Assembly: GCA_958446555.1 (NCBI GenBank)
Contig: CAUCWU010000001.1
Span: forward strand, 1 to 42,928
Direction of reading: 5' to 3'
Length of the DNA stretch: 42,928 nt
Source of the DNA: an uncultured Lachnospiraceae bacterium
GTDB taxonomy: Bacteria; Bacillota; Clostridia; Lachnospirales; Lachnospiraceae
Below the pieces are notes generated by a model that saw only the letters and a program-made list of their open reading frames with translations, was not told where the DNA came from and did not search any database. The position numbers and the translations under genes were made by a program. Below, piece after piece: positions 36,163-42,928 of this stretch. Positions within the stretch are counted from its first letter, which is position 1; each line of letters starts with the position of its first letter.

Positions 36163-37095
36163 ATGGACATGAAACACTCAAGAAAGGGCGGACTGACAGG
36201 ACGGCAGAAGAAACAGATTCGGTTAGTACTTTTGCTTCTCCCGTTTATGATTATGATAGGAATCTTTTCCTATGCACCGTTGTTTGGATGGAGTTATGCA
36301 TTTGTAGAATTTACACCTGGTGTTTCAATTTTTAAATCGCAGTTTGTTGGACTGAAATATTTTAAAAAGATTTTCGAAAATTCAAAAGATTTTGTGACCG
36401 TAATGAGAAACACACTGAGTATTTCATTTTTGAACATTTGCTGTTCCGTGCTTCCAGCTATTTTTGCAATTGCAATTTCACAGCTTAAGAACAAGCGATA
36501 TGCAAAGCTTGTACAGACAGGAACTTCAATTCCAAACTTTATTTCTTGGGTTCTTGTATATTCCATTGTGTTTATGCTTCTTTCATCAGAAGATAGTGCA
36601 TTAAATATTATTCTGATGGGACTTGGCATTATAAAGAAGCCGCTTAACGTATTGACAAATGAAAAACATGCATGGGCAACACAGGTTGCTATCGGTGTAT
36701 GGAAATCACTTGGTTACAATGCAATTATTTATCTGTCTGCAATAACATCAATTGATCAGGAGCTATACCAAGCAGCAGAGGTGGATGGTGCTAATACATG
36801 GCAAAAAATTATTCATGTAACGGTTCCAGGTTTACTCTCTACATTTTTTGTTTTACTATTACTTGCAATTTCTAATATGATGTCAAATGGATTCGAGCAG
36901 TTCTGGTTGCTTGGAAATGGTATGACATGGGATAAGCTGGAAGTATTTGATACATATGTATATCGTATGGGTATCAAAAATATGGAATATTCATTGGCAA
37001 CTGCAATGGGCATTTTCAAATCTATTGTAAGTATTATCCTTTTGACATTTGCAAACTGGGCATCTAAAAAGCTGAGAGGCGATTCTATATTCTAA
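36163..37095 (+). CDS. Carbohydrate ABC permease (LplB-like)
   Basis: IPNFISWVLV, ELYQAAEVDGANTWQKIIHVT; start uncertain (36130, 36163 or 36169). Confidence 0.9.
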   Translation: MDMKHSRKGGLTGRQKKQIRLVLLLLPFMIMIGIFSYAPLFGWSYAFVEFTPGVSIFKSQFVGLKYFKKIFENSKDFVTVMRNTLSISFLNICCSVLPAIFAIAISQLKNKRYAKLVQTGTSIPNFISWVLVYSIVFMLLSSEDSALNIILMGLGIIKKPLNVLTNEKHAWATQVAIGVWKSLGYNAIIYLSAITSIDQELYQAAEVDGANTWQKIIHVTVPGLLSTFFVLLLLAISNMMSNGFEQFWLLGNGMTWDKLEVFDTYVYRMGIKNMEYSLATAMGIFKSIVSIILLTFANWASKKLRGDSIF

Positions 37096-37134
37096 GTAAA
37101 AGCTTGAAAAGAAGGTTTTCTCAGAAAGGAGATT

Positions 37135-38022
37135 GTGAGAATTATGAAAAAGAGAAAGAAGATAACAATTGCAGGCACAATCAACACGGTATTGCTTGGA
37201 TTGATTACATTTATTTGCGTATATCCGTTATGGTATATTTTTATTAACTCGCTCTCTTCTCCGGGAGCAGTGAACTTAGGTGTGTATTTGCTTCCGAAGG
37301 AGTTTACAACAGAAGCCTATACAGAGATGCTTCAGATTCCAGGACTTAAATCAAGTATATGGATTGCGTTTGCGAGGACGATATTTGGTACACTTTTAAC
37401 ATGTTTTTGCTGTAGCTTTGCAGCATATATTCTTGCTAATAGAGATCTTCCGTGCAAAAAGTTTTTGTACCGTTTCTTTATCGTTACAATGTATGTAAAT
37501 GCAGGATTTATACCGTACTATTTATTGATCAGCAATATAGGACTGAAAAATGATTTTTTAGTATATATTCTTCCATCGGCAGTTCAGGCATATTTTATTA
37601 TTTTAGTAAAGACTTATATTGAGTCTATTCCAGGGGAACTGATTGAGTCAGCAGAGATCGATGGAGCTGGATTAGTAAAAATTTACTTCAAGCTTATTAT
37701 TCCACTTGCAAAGCCGATTCTGGCATGCATTATTGTGTTTGCAGCTGTAAATCAGTGGAATGCATGGGCAGATGATATGTATTTTATGCAGGGAAGAAAA
37801 TCTGCAACGTTACATTGTCTGCAGTATTTGCTGTATACGAAATTACAGTCAAATGTAGTATCTTCCACAGCAGGAGCGGCAGCGGGAGCAGCAATTAAAG
37901 TATCATCGACAACGCTGCGTATGGCAATGAGCTTTATTACGGTAGTTCCAATACTTTGTGTTTATCCATTCATGCAGCGCTTTTTTACAAAGGGAATTAT
38001 GCTTGGTGCAGTAAAAGGTTGA
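37135..38022 (+). CDS. Carbohydrate ABC permease (LplC-like)
   Basis: ELIESAEIDGAG, YPFMQRFFTKGIMLGAVKG; start 37135 or 37144. Confidence 0.92.
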   Translation: MRIMKKRKKITIAGTINTVLLGLITFICVYPLWYIFINSLSSPGAVNLGVYLLPKEFTTEAYTEMLQIPGLKSSIWIAFARTIFGTLLTCFCCSFAAYILANRDLPCKKFLYRFFIVTMYVNAGFIPYYLLISNIGLKNDFLVYILPSAVQAYFIILVKTYIESIPGELIESAEIDGAGLVKIYFKLIIPLAKPILACIIVFAAVNQWNAWADDMYFMQGRKSATLHCLQYLLYTKLQSNVVSSTAGAAAGAAIKVSSTTLRMAMSFITVVPILCVYPFMQRFFTKGIMLGAVKG

Positions 38023-38119
38023 GAAATGTTATTTTGTGTTAGTTATGATTGCAATCGTGCAAACGTATGGTACGAATGTAGTCTGGCAGTAATAAAAAAG
38101 AAAAAGGAAGGAGATATTT

Positions 38120-39871
38120 ATGAAAAAAACAGTAGCAAGAAAGGCATTTGCAGCAGCGTCCGCACTTATTATGTGTGGTAATACAATGGCATTTGCAGGA
38201 GAGAGCACGGGCAGCACAACAACACCTCAATTCGAGGATAGAGTGGCACTTGATGTAGTGGCATTCGTAGGATCAGGTGAACTTGATGGACTTCGTTCCG
38301 ATCCAGTCAGCAAGTATATTGAAGATAATTTGAATATTGATCTGTACCTGACTGCTGTTACAGAGGCAGATTGGCCAACACAGCTGTCAGCTATGTTAGC
38401 AGATAATGATTTACCAGATGTTTTCTTATTATCGGACCCAACAAAACAGCTTCCGATGCTTCTTGAGTCTGCATCTGTATTGAATTTGGAGCCTTATCTG
38501 GAAGAATATGCACCAAATACCATGAATGACCCAGCAGGACAGCTGATGGTAACAGCAGAGCGTATGCCGGCAAACAGTCCAGATGGAAACATGTATCTTT
38601 GGGGAATGTGTAAAGGTTCTTGGGATGATGGCACAGTTCCAACATGCGGTCACTATTTGAGATGGGATCTGTATAAGGAAGCGGGCTATCCAAAGCTGGA
38701 AAATTATGATGATGATCTGTTAGATGTTCTTGAGCAGATGGTGGCATTAGAGCCAGAAACAGCAGATGGGCAGAAAACTTACGGATGCGGTGCATGGTTT
38801 GGTGCAGGTCAGGGATGGGGTGAATGGGTATTTACCTTTGGTCTTGGACCGCAGGAAGGCGTAAATTTGATAGAAACAACTGGTCGTGTACTTGGTGTTT
38901 CTACAGTTGATTCTACACCACTTGAAACAAATCAGTTAACCGATCCTGAAAGTGTATTCTGGCGTGCAGTTCGTTTTTATAATAAGGCAAACCAGAGAGG
39001 TTTGTTAGATCCAGATTCCTTTACACAGACATCTGATGTTTACTCGGAAAATCTGAAGGCTGGAAAGTATATGTTTAATGTACCAGGTTGGATGTCTAAT
39101 GACGCAAACACAGAGTTTAACAAGGCAGAAGGAAATGAGAAAACATTTATTTCAATGCCAAGTTTGACTGCAGATGCAGAAGATCGTTTTGGAAATATGT
39201 ATAGAGGTGAGAGACAGTATGTTGTTAACGCAAATACTGAAAATCCAGAGCGCTGTGTAGCATTGCTTGACTTTGTATCTACATATGAATTTTCCAGAAT
39301 TGCATGGAATGGCTTAGAAGGTGGTATGTGGAATATGGAAGATGGTGAGCCAGTACCGACGGATGAGTACCTGAAAGTAACAAAGGATGATGCTCTTGGC
39401 GTAGAGACTGGTATTAATGTATACCATCATTTCTGTGGATTTGGAAACGGAACAATTCAGCCAGATGGCTACACCACTGATCTGTATCAGTTCTCAACAA
39501 AGGCTATGGAAGCAAAGATGAATGATACCATTAAGGATTTCATTGATCATTATGGTGCAGAGTCTCAGGTGGATGTATATCGTCAGGAAACACCTGTTAC
39601 TGATTCTATGAATTACATTTCATTTAGTGATCCAGAAGGTGAGGTTGCTTCTTGGGTAAACGAAATCAATGCATACATGGGTAAGAATGTATTTAAGTGC
39701 GTAGCATGTGAGTCTGATGAGGAATTTGAGGCAATGCGTGACAGCATGATTGAAGAGCTGAAGGCAAGCTATCATGTTGATGAGGTATTTGATTACTTCT
39801 ATCAGGATGCTTTGGCTCAGGCAGAAGATGTTGCAACACTTGTTGAAATGAATAATGCAATCAAAAAATAA
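38120..39871 (+). CDS. Carbohydrate ABC transporter substrate-binding protein
   Basis: AAGGAG RBS; signal peptide; MLADNDLPDV, YLRWDLYKEAGYPK, GLLDPDSFTQ; follows two permeases. Confidence 0.88.
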   Translation: MKKTVARKAFAAASALIMCGNTMAFAGESTGSTTTPQFEDRVALDVVAFVGSGELDGLRSDPVSKYIEDNLNIDLYLTAVTEADWPTQLSAMLADNDLPDVFLLSDPTKQLPMLLESASVLNLEPYLEEYAPNTMNDPAGQLMVTAERMPANSPDGNMYLWGMCKGSWDDGTVPTCGHYLRWDLYKEAGYPKLENYDDDLLDVLEQMVALEPETADGQKTYGCGAWFGAGQGWGEWVFTFGLGPQEGVNLIETTGRVLGVSTVDSTPLETNQLTDPESVFWRAVRFYNKANQRGLLDPDSFTQTSDVYSENLKAGKYMFNVPGWMSNDANTEFNKAEGNEKTFISMPSLTADAEDRFGNMYRGERQYVVNANTENPERCVALLDFVSTYEFSRIAWNGLEGGMWNMEDGEPVPTDEYLKVTKDDALGVETGINVYHHFCGFGNGTIQPDGYTTDLYQFSTKAMEAKMNDTIKDFIDHYGAESQVDVYRQETPVTDSMNYISFSDPEGEVASWVNEINAYMGKNVFKCVACESDEEFEAMRDSMIEELKASYHVDEVFDYFYQDALAQAEDVATLVEMNNAIKK

Positions 39872-39923
39872 GCTTAAATGAAAGTGTTATTTACAAGTTA
39901 AAAAGACATAACCCTAAATAAAC

Positions 39924-39961
39924 ACCCGGAATATATTGTATAGCAGCAATATATTCCGGGT
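39924..39961. terminator. Probable bidirectional terminator between convergent genes
   Basis: ACCCGGAATATATTG-tatagcag-CAATATATTCCGGGT (15-bp perfect stem). Confidence 0.85.
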
Positions 39962-39980
39962 ATTTTAATGACGTATAGTG

Positions 39981-41021
39981 TTATCCTCTTGGATCTTTTG
40001 CAAAGCTAGGAATTTCTACACAGGGCTGTTCATAAACCCAGCCTTTGGCAGGGCCTCCCGCCGCATGAAACCAGTTCCCTGTAACTTCGTTTATGATATG
40101 AAGTCCATTTTCATTTTCTTCCATTTCAAATAAAAGAATACGTTTCTTTGGGTGGTCATTTGGGCAGTGGCATGCCATCATTAGCTGACCGCCAAAGGTA
40201 TAAAACAGCATTGCATGACCGCCGTCAAGTGCATACAGTGGTTCTGATTCCTGATCCCATGGCCCCATAATATCACCAAAACGGCTTGTTGCGTAGCCCA
40301 CAGCATATGCGCCTTTTTCTGTAAAGCTAGACCAAAGCATAATAAGTTTTCCGCCAGGAAGGCGATGCAAAAATGGTCCGTCTGTCACATAGCCGCCTTC
40401 TTTTGCGCCTTTAGCATTCCATTTGCCATCGGATGCTCTAAATAAAATGACAGGATCACCAATTGCTTCTCCCAAATCATCAGACATTGGTATGGCGCAA
40501 ATTTGACCATCACCAACCTGAAGCCACTCATGACAAAATACCATCCATGGCTTGCCTGATCGGTCAACGTATAGTGTTCCATCAAGACTCTGCCATCCAT
40601 CTGGTGTAACAGCCTCTTGACGAATGGGTTCAAATGGTCCTTTTGGTGAATCTGATACTAAGCACTGACATTTGCGGTAATGTCCATCTGCACGAAATGA
40701 GCTGAACAGATAATAGCGTCCTTTCCAGATATGAACCTCTGGTGCCCAATAATCCTTATCTGCCCAGAAATTATTTTGACGAAAACAAATCTGTGGCTTT
40801 GACCAGTGAATCAAATCCTTACTTTCAAGTACATAAAATACACCGTTTTCTTTGTCAGTTTCCACATCTGGGAAACGTTTAGTATCCGCAAACTGTACAT
40901 AAGTGTAGTAGCAGCGGCTTTTTGGATCTGCCAGAATAAATGGGTCGCTGATATGGACATCTCTCACATGGTAAGGATACTGTTCCAGATCAACTGTGTC
41001 GTCAGTACAATAAAAACGCAT
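39981..41021 (-). CDS. Glycoside hydrolase family 43
   Basis: ISDPFILAD, SKDLIHWS, WAPEVH, SLDGTLY, TDGPFL; GGAGGG RBS; no signal peptide. Confidence 0.88.
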   Translation of the reverse strand: MRFYCTDDTVDLEQYPYHVRDVHISDPFILADPKSRCYYTYVQFADTKRFPDVETDKENGVFYVLESKDLIHWSKPQICFRQNNFWADKDYWAPEVHIWKGRYYLFSSFRADGHYRKCQCLVSDSPKGPFEPIRQEAVTPDGWQSLDGTLYVDRSGKPWMVFCHEWLQVGDGQICAIPMSDDLGEAIGDPVILFRASDGKWNAKGAKEGGYVTDGPFLHRLPGGKLIMLWSSFTEKGAYAVGYATSRFGDIMGPWDQESEPLYALDGGHAMLFYTFGGQLMMACHCPNDHPKKRILLFEMEENENGLHIINEVTGNWFHAAGGPAKGWVYEQPCVEIPSFAKDPRG

Positions 41022-41084
41022 GTTATTCCCTCCTTAAAAATGCTATCTTTGCTAATTTTTTGTTAGATAAAAATAGCTTCCTTT

Positions 41085-41113
41085 ATTGTACACCATACCA
41101 CATCGCTCATCAA
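41085..41113 (-). promoter_or_regulatory. Promoter for the GH43 gene
   Basis: Minus strand TTGATG-17 nt-TACAAT. Confidence 0.45.
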
Positions 41114-41245
41114 AAAACGATGTCAAATTTTATATTCTTTTTGTGTTTTTTTGACGAGCAAAAAATAATATAAAAACCCTACCACTTTTTTGCATTTTGA
41201 GCGATAATGGAAGTGACAAAAATTAAAACTGGGAGACATAAAAAT

Positions 41246-42286
41246 ATGGAAGCAGAAAAATTAATAGAAGCACTTCACACGGTGGAGAAATTAAAAAGAA
41301 CAATGCGTCATTGCTACACATCAGATGACAGGAAGGAAAGTGTAGCAGAGCATTGCTGGCGAGTGGCACTGATGGCATATTGGATGGAAGATGAATTTCC
41401 AGAAGTGGATATTAATAAAGTAATCAAGATGTGTCTCATTCATGATTTGGGCGAATGTTTTACAGGTGATATTCCGTGTTTTAAAAAGACAGAGGACGAT
41501 GAAGAAACAGAGGAAAATCTGCTTTATCAGTGGGTAGCGACACTTCCAGAGCCACTTAACGATAAGATGCGGACACTTTATCAGGAGATGAGCGAGCTAA
41601 AAACATTAGAGGCAAAGATCTACAAGGCACTCGACAACATGGAGGGTGCACTATCTCATAACGAGTCAGATCTTAAGACCTGGGAGCCGCATGAGTATGA
41701 ACTGACAAAGAATTATGGAATTGATAAGTCGCAGTTTCATCCATATATCAAACATCTGCGCGAATGTATCCGGCAGGAAACTGTGGATAAGATTATTGCG
41801 GCAGGAAGAAATATTACGCTGGCAGAAGAATCCGACAAAGATGAACTTCTAAAGCTGTATCGCTCAATGATAGGCGGCGCAGCAAACTGGAATGAATATT
41901 ATCCTTCCATGGAAAATATTGAGTTTGATATTGCACATGACAGCCTGTTTGTCATGAAAAATCAAAAGGGAGAAATCATTTCGGCCATTTCAATTGATCA
42001 CGACGAAGAAGTGGATAAGCTTGATTGTTGGAGCAAGGATTTTCAGCCGTCAGCAGAGGTGGCACGTGTGTGTGTCAGAAAAGATTTGCAGAGACAGGGC
42101 ATTGCAAAAATGATGATGGAACACGTATTTGCCGTGCTTCGTGAGCAGAACAAAAAGAGTGTTCATATACTTGTGCGTGATAATCATAAAGTAGCGCTCA
42201 AGTGCTATAGCGATCTTGGATTTGTTCCAGTCGGGGAGTGCGAGCTGTTTGAAAAATACTTTGTCTGTATGGAAAAGAAATTATAA
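41246..42286 (+). CDS. HD-domain phosphohydrolase fused to GNAT acetyltransferase
   Basis: ESVAEHCWR, LIHDLGECFTGDIP, KALDNME; C-terminal ARVCVRKDLQRQGIAK and NHKVALKCYSDLGF; start 41207 or 41246. Confidence 0.85.
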   Translation: MEAEKLIEALHTVEKLKRTMRHCYTSDDRKESVAEHCWRVALMAYWMEDEFPEVDINKVIKMCLIHDLGECFTGDIPCFKKTEDDEETEENLLYQWVATLPEPLNDKMRTLYQEMSELKTLEAKIYKALDNMEGALSHNESDLKTWEPHEYELTKNYGIDKSQFHPYIKHLRECIRQETVDKIIAAGRNITLAEESDKDELLKLYRSMIGGAANWNEYYPSMENIEFDIAHDSLFVMKNQKGEIISAISIDHDEEVDKLDCWSKDFQPSAEVARVCVRKDLQRQGIAKMMMEHVFAVLREQNKKSVHILVRDNHKVALKCYSDLGFVPVGECELFEKYFVCMEKKL

Positions 42287-42591
42287 AAAATCACCCATTT
42301 TTCTGTTGCTACAAAATACAATTTTCCAAATTTGGAAAGATAGATGAGAAAAAATAAAAAACGCGGAAAATAAAGGAAAAACGCGAAAATAATAGGCCAT
42401 GATTCATTTTTTAACGGTTCGAAAACGTTAAAGTAAATGCATATGGGGGGTCATTTTTATTGTAAAATGACCGTTCTTAAAAGGGAAAAGATATGGTATA
42501 TTAAAATATAGAACGAAATAGTTTGAAGAATTTGATTTGGCAGAGGCAAATGTACAGATTTGGATTTAACAGAAAGATGGGAGGAAACAAA

Positions 42592-42928
42592 ATGAGAAGA
42601 AGACGATTTATGGCACCGGCAGTAGTGGCGATGCTTTTTGTGAACACAATAATACAGAATGCACCAGCAGAGCAGACCGTTGAGACAGAAGCGCAGGAAA
42701 AGGAGGTAAAAGTAAACAGTCAGACAACACAAGCAGCGCAAAGTCTGGAGGAGGCGAAGGTAAATCTTGATCAGGCAAAGGAAAATACACGTCAGGCACA
42801 AGCAGCGATGGAAAAAGCAGATCAGGAGGTAAAAGACGCACAGAAAGTCAAGGCCGATGCAGAAGCAGCAGCAAAAGAAGCAGTGGAGCAGGGATTTTCT
42901 GAGAACAAGAAGCAATTTGAAAGCGAAC
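42592..42928 (+). CDS. Partial CDS (runs off the window): secreted/surface coiled-coil protein
   Basis: GGGAGG RBS; MRRRRFMAPAVVAMLFVN signal-like start, then A/E/K/Q-rich helix; open to the window end, so absent from the ORF track. Confidence 0.8.
   Translation, partial: MRRRRFMAPAVVAMLFVNTIIQNAPAEQTVETEAQEKEVKVNSQTTQAAQSLEEAKVNLDQAKENTRQAQAAMEKADQEVKDAQKVKADAEAAAKEAVEQGFSENKKQFESE

Noticed and set aside
42592..42612. Twin-arginine (Tat) signal MRRRRF
   Set aside because: A basic n-region is normal for Sec signals, the consensus is incomplete, and no tat genes are visible
42457..42915. 152-aa Cys/Leu-rich minus-strand ORF
   Set aside because: Antisense shadow of the A/E/K/Q-rich plus-strand gene starting at 42592, which has the RBS

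Overview
Gene-dense chromosomal segment of a low-GC Gram-positive anaerobe (Clostridia, most likely Lachnospiraceae, inferred from gene families, GGAGG ribosome-binding sites and sigma-A promoters). Left to right: a cluster of envelope/sporulation-type genes (acidic coiled-coil membrane protein, yyaC, LysM protein, DUF5711-like protein); transketolase; a truncated pyridoxamine-phosphate-oxidase-family gene and a secreted YARHG protein; carbohydrate locus 1 (YesM/YesN-type two-component system, ABC binding protein, two permeases, GH36 alpha-galactosidase); tRNA-Cys; a YtqB/MnmM-type methyltransferase; Xaa-Pro aminopeptidase; a phosphatidylethanolamine operon (flippase-like protein, pssA, psd); an OmpR-type two-component system divergent from a TlpA/CXXC-miniprotein/4Fe-4S membrane redox module; carbohydrate locus 2 (GH50-like, GH38, AraC, ABC, GH43); an HD-GNAT fusion; and the start of a secreted coiled-coil protein. 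No integrase, transposase, phage gene, CRISPR array or defence system was recognised. The most unusual signals are non-coding: a 59-bp copy of the GH50 gene 3' end stranded after the GH38 gene, a long hairpin flanked by a 14-bp direct repeat, a ~190-nt structured element with inverted ends next to tRNA-Cys, and related intergenic palindromes. All family assignments come from motif recognition by eye, not database searches.
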